A stretch of DNA of 64,000 nt from an uncultured virus (IMG/VR IMGVR_UViG_3300001765_000054) (IMGVR_UViG_3300001765_000054:1-64000); one strand, 5' to 3'. Positions 38,482 to 48,113 are shown, counted from the stretch's first letter. The notes: generated from the letters alone by a model not told the origin. Numbers and translations are program-made.

Positions 38482-41400
38482 GCTGTTTCCTTTTCTTTCT
38501 TGCGTTTCGTTTCTACTTCCGGCGTCAACGTACCGAACAAGTCGAGCAAAGTTGTCATCCGTTTGTCCTTCGCGTTGAGCATGTCCCAGACCTTCTCTTC
38601 GAGCGTGCCCTTTGCCAGAACGACGATGGTCTCTGTCTTTTCTGTCTGTCCGATGCGGTGCTGGCGGGAACTGCCCTGTTTGAATATCTCCAGGTCGTAG
38701 GTCGGCGATGCCCAAATCGTCGCGGTTCCTCTCGTCAGCGTCAGGCCATGCGCAGCGCTCTTCGGATGCGCGAAGATCGTCCGGTAGGCGCCCTCCTGGT
38801 AGGCTGCGACGATGTCGGCACGCTCCTTGTCTGACGTATGCCCATCGATGACGGCGAAGCTGATACCGCGTCGTTCTGCCTCTTTGATCAGAGCGTCACG
38901 TTGATGAGTCCAGAGGAAGAACACCAGACTGTGCTTGCGCTGCTCGACCAGGTCCAGTACCATCTCGTAGCGGGCGTTGTCCACCACCTGATAGCTGCCC
39001 ATGCCGTCGTAGACCGCGCCAGAATTATGTACTATGAAAGGCTCGCCGGAGTTGCCCCGTACAGTAAAACGATGTCTCGGGAGGACATCCAAGATGTCGT
39101 ATACCGCTATTTTTTCACTGGGCGTAGCAAATCCAAGTTCCCCCGCTCCATTCTTTTGCGAATGGTTATCGGTTTTAGGTTGAACGCTTTCGCCGCCTGA
39201 GCAACCGTCATTACCCCCTGGGGGGTTGAGATATGTACGTTGAACCGTGTGTTGTTTCCCTGCTCCGACGGTGTGCTCCATTTGCAGTTGCTTTTGGAGT
39301 ACCCGAGGTTGTTGTCTATTCGGTCTAGGCTGGTCCCCGGAACATACGAGGGGCTCATATCCTCGAAGAAAGTCTCGAATGAATCTGTCCACTCCTCGCA
39401 CATAGTGATACCCCTCCCCCCATAGTTTTTGTAGTCCTTGTCTGAGGGAGATAAGCAACGACTTTTTATCTTGGTCCACCGGTTGAACATTGGGGTATCT
39501 GACATCCCGTGTTTCCCGATCACAGTAAGCATGATTTCCTTCCGGTTGCATCCACATGACTTGGGGGTGGGGCGGTTGGGGTTCTTTAAGTTCGACCCGA
39601 TTCGGATCACACTCTTCCCACAGACGCACTTCAGTTCCCACAGGATGTTTTTTCTTGGGTTGGCTCCAATCGGTCTGATTGCTGTCAGGAGTCCGAACTT
39701 TTTCCCGGTTAAATCGTCCATCGGCATTGCCATCTAATATCTCCTGAGCTGAAACCCACCCAGATAGGGTGAGTATTTTGTGATCTGGGGTCATTCGCAC
39801 CCCTTCAAAATTTACAATCTCCGCAAGTCCTGACAGAGCTACTCCCGAACAAGCGCACCACTGGACTCCATCCCAGACTAAATCGAATTTGGTTATCTGC
39901 TCTATGGGCTTCCAACCAGAATTGGTTAGCACCTCTGTATCCCCGGAAAGGCAAGCCACCTGCAGGAGCTTCGTGGCCACCGCCGCCGCATTGATGGCCA
40001 GGACGGCTGGCTTCTTGCCACGCAGGGTCAGCATCTGGGTCTGTTCCAGCTCCAGGTAGGCCCGCATCTGCTTCGGGGTCAGCGCATAGTCGAAGCTGTA
40101 GATGTGGTTGTCTGGAATGTCAACACAATCATCAAACTTATGACGAATCACGATGTCTGTGAGCAGCCCGAAGACTGATTCCTCAGCGCCTTCCTTATCT
40201 GTCCACTTCATGGCGTTAGCATTTGGGCCAACTTGTTTCGGGACGCATACCGCGTCGCGGAACCGATGAAAGCTGTTGCCCAGACGCTTGCCGCTATCGA
40301 GGATATAGACCTGGTGCCAGATGTCGGTGATGCTGTTGCTATTCGGCGTGCCGGTCATCAGGCACCGGTGGGTGAAGTATTTGGCGATTTTGGCAGCCGC
40401 TTTGCTGCGCATACTGGTGTGATGCTTCACCGTGGATGATTCATCGATGACCAGATCGCTGAACTTTTTGAAGAACGCAGGTTTCTGGTTGGCGATCCAG
40501 CGTACCGCGTCGATGTTCGTAACGTAGACGTCAGCTTCTTCGTCGAAAGCTACTGCTCGGTTGGCGGCATCCGCCACAGAGACGACAAGTCCGGGGGCGA
40601 ACTTTCTGAAGTCGTTGACCCAAACTGAGCGCAAGAGAGTTCTAGGGGCCAGGACGAGTAAAGCTCCCGAACCTTGTCTTCTACGCTCATTGAAGCTGGC
40701 AATGCGGACAAAAGTTTTGCCCGTGTTTCCCGTAGCGAATATGTATCCATTGTGTCTAAGTAGTAAGAATGATGAGGGGACTTCAAAACAGTATTTGAAT
40801 CCCTCGGGGTTGGAGACTATAAAAACTGATTCAGCTCGCCCAGGGCCTATAAACTTATCAGATGCTTGTGCGTGAACGACGTATTCAACCATTACTCCCC
40901 GGTTTTCATTACGTCTGTCCCTTACGCTCACAGCTATTGAAGCAGGATGCCCTGCTGCCGAAAAGGCGTATTGGGCGAAGATAGCTGATGCTTCTATGAA
41001 TGAGCTGAATCGAATCCCTTTGGAAGGGCGATCACTGATGGAACTATCCCAATATGGTAGCTCCGAAGCCACAGTGCTTAGCTGTTCCTGCGAAGCTGCC
41101 CACCAGTAATTACCAAACTCTTTATCGTGCCTGGGAGCATTAAATGTAAACACAAAGAAATTTGGATCGCCCCCACACATACGTTCGCTATAGGTAATAT
41201 TGGCTGATTCGAGCAGTACACGTAACCGTTGAATCTTTCTAAACTTTTTAAGTCTTACGACACACCGTAAAGATTCGTTGGGGAAATGGCCGTCAGCAAT
41301 AACAGCCACCTGAACTCGTATCTGCTCTAGGGGTAAGTTAATCGTTGTATGGCCGCGTACCGAGAATGTAGTGCAGAATTTTTTATCGAAGCTTCCTGTG

Positions 41401-41768
41401 CCTCGTTGATGCAACTCATCCATATATTCCTGCGCGGAGCAAACATCGTATTGGCCTTCTCGGTCGTAGTAGAGAACGCGATGTTCTGGCGAAAGTCTTT
41501 GTGATGTGCCCCGCGTAGGGGATATGGCGACCATTTTGTCGCACGGTTTTTTGATGTATTGCTGGGGTAGCACAAATTCAATCTCTCTAGTGTCGGGGTG
41601 GAACTGAGCCACGTGATCGCCACGCGTATATTTATCGAATCGTTTCCAACCCGTGGGAGTCAGATACTCAGTATCCGCAGATACACAGCCTGGGTCGCTG
41701 CAATCGAAGACGATGGGGGTTGTTTTGTTGTGCTCAATGGATACTTTCTGATGTGCGAAGGCTTTCAT
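38478..41768 (-). CDS. SNF2-family helicase with two inteins (spliced product about 465 aa)
   Basis: DPG|TGKT after splicing, VIDES, MTGTP, AHGLTL, RQHRIGQ. Confidence 0.92.
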   Translation of the reverse strand: MKAFAHQKVSIEHNKTTPIVFDCSDPGCVSADTEYLTPTGWKRFDKYTRGDHVAQFHPDTREIEFVLPQQYIKKPCDKMVAISPTRGTSQRLSPEHRVLYYDREGQYDVCSAQEYMDELHQRGTGSFDKKFCTTFSVRGHTTINLPLEQIRVQVAVIADGHFPNESLRCVVRLKKFRKIQRLRVLLESANITYSERMCGGDPNFFVFTFNAPRHDKEFGNYWWAASQEQLSTVASELPYWDSSISDRPSKGIRFSSFIEASAIFAQYAFSAAGHPASIAVSVRDRRNENRGVMVEYVVHAQASDKFIGPGRAESVFIVSNPEGFKYCFEVPSSFLLLRHNGYIFATGNTGKTFVRIASFNERRRQGSGALLVLAPRTLLRSVWVNDFRKFAPGLVVSVADAANRAVAFDEEADVYVTNIDAVRWIANQKPAFFKKFSDLVIDESSTVKHHTSMRSKAAAKIAKYFTHRCLMTGTPNSNSITDIWHQVYILDSGKRLGNSFHRFRDAVCVPKQVGPNANAMKWTDKEGAEESVFGLLTDIVIRHKFDDCVDIPDNHIYSFDYALTPKQMRAYLELEQTQMLTLRGKKPAVLAINAAAVATKLLQVACLSGDTEVLTNSGWKPIEQITKFDLVWDGVQWCACSGVALSGLAEIVNFEGVRMTPDHKILTLSGWVSAQEILDGNADGRFNREKVRTPDSNQTDWSQPKKKHPVGTEVRLWEECDPNRVELKEPQPPHPQVMWMQPEGNHAYCDRETRDVRYPNVQPVDQDKKSLLISLRQGLQKLWGEGYHYVRGVDRFIRDFLRGYEPLVCSGDQPRPNRQQPRVLQKQLQMEHTVGAGKQHTVQRTYLNPPGGNDGCSGGESVQPKTDNHSQKNGAGELGFATPSEKIAVYDILDVLPRHRFTVRGNSGEPFIVHNSGAVYDGMGSYQVVDNARYEMVLDLVEQRKHSLVFFLWTHQRDALIKEAERRGISFAVIDGHTSDKERADIVAAYQEGAYRTIFAHPKSAAHGLTLTRGTATIWASPTYDLEIFKQGSSRQHRIGQTEKTETIVVLAKGTLEEKVWDMLNAKDKRMTTLLDLFGTLTPEVETKRKKEKETA
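39024..39953 (-). mobile_element. Intein 2 of helicase (310 aa) carrying an alternate-frame HNH gene
   Basis: LLQVA|CLSGDTEVLT...TPDHKI...VYDI...RFTV...IVHN|SGAVY. Confidence 0.92.
39107..39733 (-). CDS. HNH homing endonuclease nested in the +1 frame of helicase intein 2
   Basis: DLTGKKFG.LT, C.CG, SCGC, HG.S, YGGRGI..C.EW, SLDRIDNN.GY...NCKW.T..EQ.NN; AGGAG SD 7 nt before ATG. Confidence 0.92.
   Translation of the reverse strand: MAMPMDDLTGKKFGLLTAIRPIGANPRKNILWELKCVCGKSVIRIGSNLKNPNRPTPKSCGCNRKEIMLTVIGKHGMSDTPMFNRWTKIKSRCLSPSDKDYKNYGGRGITMCEEWTDSFETFFEDMSPSYVPGTSLDRIDNNLGYSKSNCKWSTPSEQGNNTRFNVHISTPQGVMTVAQAAKAFNLKPITIRKRMERGNLDLLRPVKK
40725..41687 (-). mobile_element. Intein 1 of helicase (321 aa, LAGLIDADG type, in Walker A)
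   Basis: SDPG|CVSADTEYLTPTGW...SPEHRV...AVIADG...RHNGYIFATGN|TGKT. Confidence 0.92.
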
Positions 41769-41959
41769 TCTTTATCCCTGAATGTTGGTAATGGGGAGTA
41801 GTGCGTCCATCCGTGATTCAGCGTGTACGGACGTAGATAGGCGATGCCTTGTTTCTTGTCGATCACGAGGCACTTCACACCAATCGGTGTGTCTGCGTCG
41901 ATAGGTATCCAGGTGATCGATTGGCTTACAAGTGCGCTTTGCGTAGAGTCGAGCTTCAT
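41765..41959 (-). CDS. Small DUF551/Eaa-like protein, paralog of 28324-28527
   Basis: WIPID..TPIG...WTHY.PLPTF. Confidence 0.6.
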   Translation of the reverse strand: MKLDSTQSALVSQSITWIPIDADTPIGVKCLVIDKKQGIAYLRPYTLNHGWTHYSPLPTFRDKE

Positions 41960-42147
41960 GCTTGGCTCTCCTCGATTCGGGCGAAGCACGCAATGATGAG
42001 CTGGGCTATTTTTAGGAGCGTATGCCTGTCGTTAAACGATGGGCCGTTGTTGGCTTGATCTACGGCGAGGCGCTGAATCTCGGCCAGAGTGGCGGAGTAT
42101 TCATCCGCGAGCATCGCGGTTTCTAAGAGTTCGGATGCAGTTATCAT
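41956..42147 (-). CDS. Hypothetical protein
   Basis: Translationally coupled at both ends. Confidence 0.55.
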   Translation of the reverse strand: MITASELLETAMLADEYSATLAEIQRLAVDQANNGPSFNDRHTLLKIAQLIIACFARIEESQA

Positions 42148-42590
42148 GATCCGCTTCCTCCGAAGCCTGACGTGCCACGCTCGGTTTGGGAGAGCTGATC
42201 AACAAGCTCAAATTCGATGCATGTCGTGGGAATGATCATCGCCTGTGCGACACGGTCACCAACTTTAATTAGAGGCATGTTTGGTTCGTCGCACGTGAGT
42301 CTGACTTTCACCTCGCCCCGATACGACGAGTCGATGACCCCAACGCAATTGGCGAGGCGAACGCCATGCTTAAACCCATGACCTGATCGGCTGAATATCA
42401 GCATGACGAAGTTCACAGGTATCTCGAATGCAAGCCCTGTGCCGCAAATAAGTGGAAAACCTTCGCGCAGAAAGTGGTAGTCGTTTTCGATTTCGAATGT
42501 AGCTGCCGTCAGGTCGAAGCAGGCATCGCCCCAATGGGCGTAGGTTGGGACTACTGCGTTAGGGTGCAGCTTCTTGATTTTGAGTTTCAT
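42144..42590 (-). CDS. dut: Trimeric dUTPase
   Basis: ACFDL, SRSG, GVIDSSYRGE, GDRVAQ, RG..GFG. Confidence 0.95.
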   Translation of the reverse strand: MKLKIKKLHPNAVVPTYAHWGDACFDLTAATFEIENDYHFLREGFPLICGTGLAFEIPVNFVMLIFSRSGHGFKHGVRLANCVGVIDSSYRGEVKVRLTCDEPNMPLIKVGDRVAQAMIIPTTCIEFELVDQLSQTERGTSGFGGSGS

Positions 42591-42910
42591 AAGTAGTAAT
42601 AATTAGATTTATCGAATTTTGTGCAGTGCAAAGTTCCACCTTTAACCAACGAATAGAGCGCTGTGACAGTTTGAGCGTTGTCAATAGACAATGCTGCGGC
42701 TATCTCTTTGGCAGTATGGTTTGGATTCTCAGTTACATACTCAACTATCGAGGCGCGATAGTTAAAGCATTCTTGCTCCTTAGCAGACATAGCTCTTGTG
42801 CCGTTAGGCCCACGAGCTGTGGACTTATATATCCGTACCCTCTTAGGCTTGTACGAGCCAGGAGGCCCGCCTACCCAACACGTTTTAACTAATACGTCCT
42901 GACTGTTCAT
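42587..42910 (-). CDS. Putative winged-helix protein
   Basis: I.EYV..NP..TAKEIAAAL....V..AL..LV..G. Confidence 0.55.
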   Translation of the reverse strand: MNSQDVLVKTCWVGGPPGSYKPKRVRIYKSTARGPNGTRAMSAKEQECFNYRASIVEYVTENPNHTAKEIAAALSIDNAQTVTALYSLVKGGTLHCTKFDKSNYYYL

Positions 42911-43620
42911 GCCTTCCTTACTCCTACGGTGCAGTGCCCGGTGTGTTCAGGGCCATACGCACACCACTGGCAACTAAACCGGTTGGGGTTTGCTGGAAAT
43001 TCAGTACACCGGGTGATGTCCTTACCCTGCTTGTCGAAGGTGCGTTTGTAGCGCAGCGCTTCGGTACGTGTGAACTTGCGCTCGGTCTTAACTCCGTGAT
43101 CGATGTAGTAATCAGCCACGGTGATTTCTTCGAGCTCAGGGTGACGCAGGAACGTGGCTACTGCGTAGAGGTTGAGCTGATTTGCGTGTTGGACTTCTAC
43201 CCCAAAATGTCGGCCCGTTTTCCAATCCAAAACAACGGCTTGCGTCGGGGATAAACGAACTAACGCATCAAGTTTTAAGCGGAGCCAGCCCGTCTGCCAG
43301 TCTGCTACTTCCCAAGATTCGTTGAACGCCCAGGTGCCCTCCATCTCGACCATGCCATCGGCATACAGGGTACGAAGGAAATCGATGAGTATGCCGAAAT
43401 GCCTCTCAGCTTCGGGGCAAAGCGCGTCGTGGTCGCCTCGGATGTAGGTTTCGATGTTGTCGTGAATACGACTACCGCGATCATTCGCGTGCTCATCTTT
43501 ACCCTTCGGTAAGGGTCTTTCAGGCTCGGGTACGCGATCGATGTGCTTGATCTTGAAAGCGAGTTTACATCGGGTGAAGTCTTGGAGTTTGGAGAAACTC
43601 CAACTGGCTGCTTGGGTCAT
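42907..43620 (-). CDS. PD-(D/E)xK (Cas4/RecB-like) exonuclease
   Basis: SFS.L..F..C, RG..IH, KLD...DWKTG, QL.LY, C.WC...C. Confidence 0.85.
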   Translation of the reverse strand: MTQAASWSFSKLQDFTRCKLAFKIKHIDRVPEPERPLPKGKDEHANDRGSRIHDNIETYIRGDHDALCPEAERHFGILIDFLRTLYADGMVEMEGTWAFNESWEVADWQTGWLRLKLDALVRLSPTQAVVLDWKTGRHFGVEVQHANQLNLYAVATFLRHPELEEITVADYYIDHGVKTERKFTRTEALRYKRTFDKQGKDITRCTEFPANPNRFSCQWCAYGPEHTGHCTVGVRKA

Positions 43621-43643
43621 CGTAGTGCTTTCGTTGTTAGACC

Positions 43644-44285
43644 TTAGATTTTAGAGCCGAATTCATCGTACTCATCATCAAGGTCATTGAGCTGCTCGTC
43701 GACGCACTCGTTTGAGTACAGGCAGTCGTTCTGCGCTTCAAGCTGCTTGTAAATCCAGTCAGCGAAATCACGCATGAGCTGAGTGATTTGTTTCTCGATT
43801 TCGGCGTAGTATTGGTTAGGGTCATCATCTTCGTCGACGCCCCAACCACTGAGACTAACGTCCATCGTGCATGAATGACATCCGCGTCCTGACCTTGTGA
43901 TCGTCGCGCTGAAGGGTTTGTATCCTTTTATTCGCCCTGTGACCTGGAGCAGAGTCAACTCCTGAGCGATACGGATCAGCTCTTCGTCGTTGGTTTCAGC
44001 TTGTACCTTCACCACTGCATCTGGTACACATCGGTAGGAACCTTCGAAACTAGCTCCATCGCCTTGGCTGTAGAACCCTGAAAAATAGATGTTGGTGTCC
44101 TTCCGCTTCCCGCATATCGGTCTACTAATCTCGATCCCCAAGAGCGCACCCATGTGGACAGCATCTTCGTAGACGCCGTCCCACCACTCATAGTCGAGGT
44201 ATCCGTCCGAGGTGAACTCTTCTCGGGCATTCTGCTTAGCACTCTCGCTTAGGTCAGAGAACTTATAGGTGGTGTCGGTACACAT
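43644..44285 (-). CDS. Conserved hypothetical protein
   Basis: Y.F..LS..AK..ARE, IYFSGF.SQGDGASF motif. Confidence 0.6.
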   Translation of the reverse strand: MCTDTTYKFSDLSESAKQNAREEFTSDGYLDYEWWDGVYEDAVHMGALLGIEISRPICGKRKDTNIYFSGFYSQGDGASFEGSYRCVPDAVVKVQAETNDEELIRIAQELTLLQVTGRIKGYKPFSATITRSGRGCHSCTMDVSLSGWGVDEDDDPNQYYAEIEKQITQLMRDFADWIYKQLEAQNDCLYSNECVDEQLNDLDDEYDEFGSKI

Positions 44286-44698
44286 AGCTTCTCCAAAGGA
44301 ATGGTTTCGTCATAGCTCAAATCCATGTAAATGCTTCGCTCGAACGTGAGCATATCGTGGGGGTCTTGACCGAAGTATTCTTCGTCGACGTCCGCGTTAT
44401 CCTCCCCGATTCGGATGAACTTTCCGTTGAACTTTCCTTCGGTTTCATCCTCAGCATTCTGGAATATCTCGAACAACTCAGTGAGAGCTCTTACATCTGG
44501 GAAACCGTCGTACCATTTCGTGCAATCGTTTTTGTATATCAGGGTTACGAACTCTCCACTTTCCGCGAAGCAGCAAGCGTTCAGAGCTGTGGTCGCTTCT
44601 ACTGGGTCTGAATACGTCGTGCGGTAGGTGACGAGCATCGTGATCATGTCTTCGCGCTTGCCCTCAATGGCGAACGCGACGTTTGAGTAGTAGCCCAT
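44249..44698 (-). CDS. Conserved hypothetical protein
   Basis: MGY.S.V...KWY...FIRIGED..D. Confidence 0.6.
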   Translation of the reverse strand: MGYYSNVAFAIEGKREDMITMLVTYRTTYSDPVEATTALNACCFAESGEFVTLIYKNDCTKWYDGFPDVRALTELFEIFQNAEDETEGKFNGKFIRIGEDNADVDEEYFGQDPHDMLTFERSIYMDLSYDETIPLEKLCVPTPPISSLT

Positions 44699-44702
44699 GG
44701 GT

Positions 44703-44942
44703 TTATCCTTCTAATCTTTCAGTTATTCGTTTCAGCACATTGAGCTCGTTGACGTGTGGTGTGGCAAAGTTGTTTGCAGCCACCTTGCCTGCCTTGGTTA
44801 AGCACTCGGAAAACGCCGTGTGGTGAATAGTCCATTGCCCTCTGTGTACACTGAGCTGCAGCACTTCAAGTTTCACCCACTTGTCTACCAGGTAGATGGA
44901 TTTGTACATGGTCGGGCCACGATCAAAATACTCGAATTTCAC
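44703..44942 (-). CDS. Hypothetical protein
   Basis: GTGA-coupled to the VWA gene. Confidence 0.5.
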   Translation of the reverse strand: MKFEYFDRGPTMYKSIYLVDKWVKLEVLQLSVHRGQWTIHHTAFSECLTKAGKVAANNFATPHVNELNVLKRITERLEG

Positions 44943-46027
44943 AGCTCGAGTTTCACAGTTTCACCAAACGGAGCAACCACGTCCGTCGTGCAGCACCAGA
45001 GCACCGGGTAATCAGGTGGGGCGAAGCTCAGGTCACCATAAAGATCGGTCAAATAGACGAGGCACACTGGTTTGATGCCGTGCTCGTCCACGTAGGTGAA
45101 TGGTGGGGCGAAGTTTGTGCCACCACCGCCGTGCATTTCGAAGTGGAGCTCATCGTTCGGGCCGAACTCATCGACATGGTTAACATCTGCGTCGCAATAT
45201 ATGGTGTACGTCTTGCTCGGACGGACACTCTGAACGATGGCTTTGATCTCCGAGCCAAACGCGTTGAGCGTGTCCTGATCGATTGAGCCCGAGGTGTCTA
45301 TAGCGACCACGATCTCGCCCATACTCTCACTATATATAGTAGGCAGCATCAGTCCCTGTGCCATGAACCTGCGGTTGGGGCGCATCCAGGAGTAGTCGTT
45401 CTTGCTCGTCTCGACAACGAACCGGCGCAGGATGGCCCGCCAGTCCACTTTGCTCGCAGTCAGCGCGTCGACGAACCGCGCCATGCTCGCTGGCAGTTTA
45501 CCCATGGCGCGTGCAGCGTTGGCTGCCTGGATCGTAGCGACCTTCCATTCAGATGCATTCATCTCGCAGTCAGTAGGATCACCGTCCCGGCAATCGTCCA
45601 GCGGGTCTTTGCCGGGGTCGTTGTCTTCGGGCAGCAGGTTATACACCTCGTCAGAGGACATACCGTCATACTTCGGGTCACGCAGCCAGCCCTTGATAGG
45701 AGCGAACCCGGCTTTGTCCAGGGTTTCGTTGATGATGTAATCACCAGCCTGGTTGTGGCGCCGAGGGTCACGATCTCCGCGCCGACCGACATGGTCGAAC
45801 ACGCAGTGAAACACTTCGTGCCCGATGAGGGTCATAGTTTCGCCCGGAGTAAGTTTGGCGATGAATGTCGGGTTGTAGCGTATGCATTTACCGTCGACAG
45901 CGGCAGTTGGGATAGTTTCGTCTTCGACGATCTTCAAGCGAAGTGCGAGCACTCCGATAAAGGGCTGGTCCAGTACGAGAGCGGTACGTGCTCGTGTGAT
46001 CTGGTCAGCTACGGTTTGGTTTTTCAT
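44939..46027 (-). CDS. Metallopeptidase-like plus VWA protein (DUF2201-like)
   Basis: HEVFH; MIDAS DTSGS, GGGT.F, YLTD. Confidence 0.88.
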   Translation of the reverse strand: MKNQTVADQITRARTALVLDQPFIGVLALRLKIVEDETIPTAAVDGKCIRYNPTFIAKLTPGETMTLIGHEVFHCVFDHVGRRGDRDPRRHNQAGDYIINETLDKAGFAPIKGWLRDPKYDGMSSDEVYNLLPEDNDPGKDPLDDCRDGDPTDCEMNASEWKVATIQAANAARAMGKLPASMARFVDALTASKVDWRAILRRFVVETSKNDYSWMRPNRRFMAQGLMLPTIYSESMGEIVVAIDTSGSIDQDTLNAFGSEIKAIVQSVRPSKTYTIYCDADVNHVDEFGPNDELHFEMHGGGGTNFAPPFTYVDEHGIKPVCLVYLTDLYGDLSFAPPDYPVLWCCTTDVVAPFGETVKLEL

Positions 46028-46770
46028 CTTGTTACCCTCGGTAGGCAGGTTATGGGGATAGGTCTGTGCTTATATGCACCGCAAATGTCATACGCTACAG
46101 ACAACAATCTCTTATCCACAGGCCCAAGGTCTTGGATAAACGCTGCATGGAATAGCTCAGTGTTTTCTGGGCTTATGATCAACTCAGTGATCAACTGTTT
46201 GGACGGATATGGGTAGGGATATCGCTTAGCGCCTATCAGCTTCGTCGTTATCTCATACCAGCGCTTGTAATGGCTCAGTTTTTTACGCACCGCTGCAGCT
46301 TCCTTCAGATCTAAAACAAACTCGAAGTCCTGGGCGGGTTCATTGAGTAGGGCGAATATGCCCTGCTTGATCGGGCTGATCCGAAGAGGTTCGTGCGCAT
46401 CACGCACAAAAAGCTCCTCTTTTTCGCCCCCAGTGAATTGCCAGTACATTCTGCCGTTTCGGCTAACAATATTTGTCCCGGTAGGGCGCACCTTCCATGC
46501 GAACTGGTGACTCATATTGCTGTTGTGGGTGCTTAGCTCGATCTGCCCATCTCGATGGTATTTAACAAGAGGCGTGCTGTATAACACACACATGTATCCA
46601 TCACCATCATTAATACGAACGATGCGCTTGTTCTTATCACGCCTGGCGGCGAGTGGGCGCCAAGTAGTGAGTTCGTCTTTCCACGGTTTTGCATCATTCC
46701 AGACACGTTCTGCTTCATCGAAGCAGCTAATACGTGCTACCTCGTTACAGTTCCCACTATGCCATCCCAT
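46024..46770 (-). CDS. Hypothetical protein
   Basis: 248-aa ORF within the operon. Confidence 0.65.
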   Translation of the reverse strand: MGWHSGNCNEVARISCFDEAERVWNDAKPWKDELTTWRPLAARRDKNKRIVRINDGDGYMCVLYSTPLVKYHRDGQIELSTHNSNMSHQFAWKVRPTGTNIVSRNGRMYWQFTGGEKEELFVRDAHEPLRISPIKQGIFALLNEPAQDFEFVLDLKEAAAVRKKLSHYKRWYEITTKLIGAKRYPYPYPSKQLITELIISPENTELFHAAFIQDLGPVDKRLLSVAYDICGAYKHRPIPITCLPRVTR

Positions 46771-47602
46771 TTGGTATTCCTTTCAAAATATCCCTCGCTG
46801 CTTGGGCAGTGAGGGCGCGGATGTCGAGACGAGTGCGTAGGACGCTCGGGGGCATCAGCAGCTTGCCGCGCATTTCGCGAATGATGTGCCAGATGCCGAT
46901 GTCATCTGTTAGGTTGAGCGCGTCGAGGATTCGACAGAGCTCGACAGCGTTCGTGATCAGGCTGTCCTTGAAGATCGCATCAGGGTCGCTTAGTCTTTCT
47001 TCGATCTTCGATACAACGTCAAAGATGCGCGAGTAACACGCTTTGACTGCGTCCGCCTGGCGGTCAGCTACGGCCTGGGTGACTGACGCCCGGAGCTCGT
47101 CCTGAGCTTCAGCGGGTAGGTCTACCCGGAAGTCTTCGGCTGCGGGTATTGGCGTGAACTCGAGCTTGATAGCGAAACGCTTGGCCAGATCATCAGGGTC
47201 AGGATAATCACCTGGATCGTACATCGTGCCCAGCCGGTTTCGAGCCGCTTGAACTTCGGTTGGATAGGACGCCAGCATGTCTGTCACCAGCATTGAAAAT
47301 TGAGTTTTGTACTGGCGCATCATCGCGCTGTAGTCCATAAACAGAGCGTTCGGCAGTAGGCGTGCTCCGCTATCTGCCCAGGAATACGTGTTGAAGTAGT
47401 GGCTCTCACGGATGCGTGCTACCAGCTTGTTGATAGGCTCAAGCAAGCTCTTGGCGACGAGTGCTTTGTTGAACTTGCCAGAGTCATGTGCGTTGTGGGT
47501 GGATTCCACTTCGCGTGTGACCTTAGCGTCTTGCTTGCGTGCTGTCCATTGGGAAATAGATAGGGTGGCGAGCATAGCTTTCTCTTGAAGTATGTAGCTC
47601 AT
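46757..47602 (-). CDS. DUF3150-like protein
   Basis: L.IS.W...K.D...W...G.RLLP...DYP...DFRV; neighbour of AAA/VWA genes. Confidence 0.6.
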   Translation of the reverse strand: MSYILQEKAMLATLSISQWTARKQDAKVTREVESTHNAHDSGKFNKALVAKSLLEPINKLVARIRESHYFNTYSWADSGARLLPNALFMDYSAMMRQYKTQFSMLVTDMLASYPTEVQAARNRLGTMYDPGDYPDPDDLAKRFAIKLEFTPIPAAEDFRVDLPAEAQDELRASVTQAVADRQADAVKACYSRIFDVVSKIEERLSDPDAIFKDSLITNAVELCRILDALNLTDDIGIWHIIREMRGKLLMPPSVLRTRLDIRALTAQAARDILKGIPNGMA

Positions 47603-47780
47603 GGTTTTCCTTTATGTGTTTCATAAGTTCGGCCACGCTCTCAGCACGAAGCTCAAGGGTGCAGACGGCGTGGTACTGGAACGTGGCGATATAGTCTTCA
47701 GGCTTACCACCGAACTTCCGCACTCGCTCGGCGACGGAAGGTATGAGGACTATGGGTTTATGACAGTGAAGGCAGTTCAT
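47523..47780 (-). CDS. Hypothetical protein with CxxC
   Basis: MNCLHCHKP; coupled start. Confidence 0.5.
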   Translation of the reverse strand: MNCLHCHKPIVLIPSVAERVRKFGGKPEDYIATFQYHAVCTLELRAESVAELMKHIKENHELHTSRESYARHPIYFPMDSTQARR

Positions 47781-47941
47781 AATCCTCTTCTTTTTCTGGA
47801 TATGAGCGTTTCAAGGTGATGCACAGTTCGCCTCGTTACTTCGCGTAGTAACGAAACGTTAATGCCCAACAAACGGGCTTCGATTATCCTGGCAGTGTGA
47901 AGCTCGATGAGCTCAGCGTGCTTCTGGGTCTTGGATTTCAT
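47777..47941 (-). CDS. 54-aa protein not in the ORF track, paralog of the upstream ORF
   Basis: MKSKTQKHAELIELHTARIIEARLLG versus MKSALWKRKQFLELYASKLIEARMLG. Confidence 0.55.
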   Translation of the reverse strand: MKSKTQKHAELIELHTARIIEARLLGINVSLLREVTRRTVHHLETLISRKRRGL

Positions 47942-48113
47942 AATCGCCCCGCCTTTTAAACTCTATGAACCGTCTGAGGTTTTCGAGGTTCTTTTTAGTC
48001 GGCTTGCTCATGGAGATCATCCATTGAGGGTGAGCTCCTAGCATGCGCGCTTCGATCAGTTTGCTCGCGTATAGCTCGAGGAACTGTTTGCGTTTCCAGA
48101 GAGCGCTTTTCAT
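47913..48113 (-). CDS. Hypothetical protein
   Basis: ATGA overlap with the HNH stop. Confidence 0.55.
   Translation of the reverse strand: MKSALWKRKQFLELYASKLIEARMLGAHPQWMISMSKPTKKNLENLRRFIEFKRRGDYEIQDPEAR

Noticed and set aside
42907..43620. Cas4 as evidence of CRISPR-Cas
   Set aside because: Stand-alone phage PD-(D/E)xK exonuclease in the replication module
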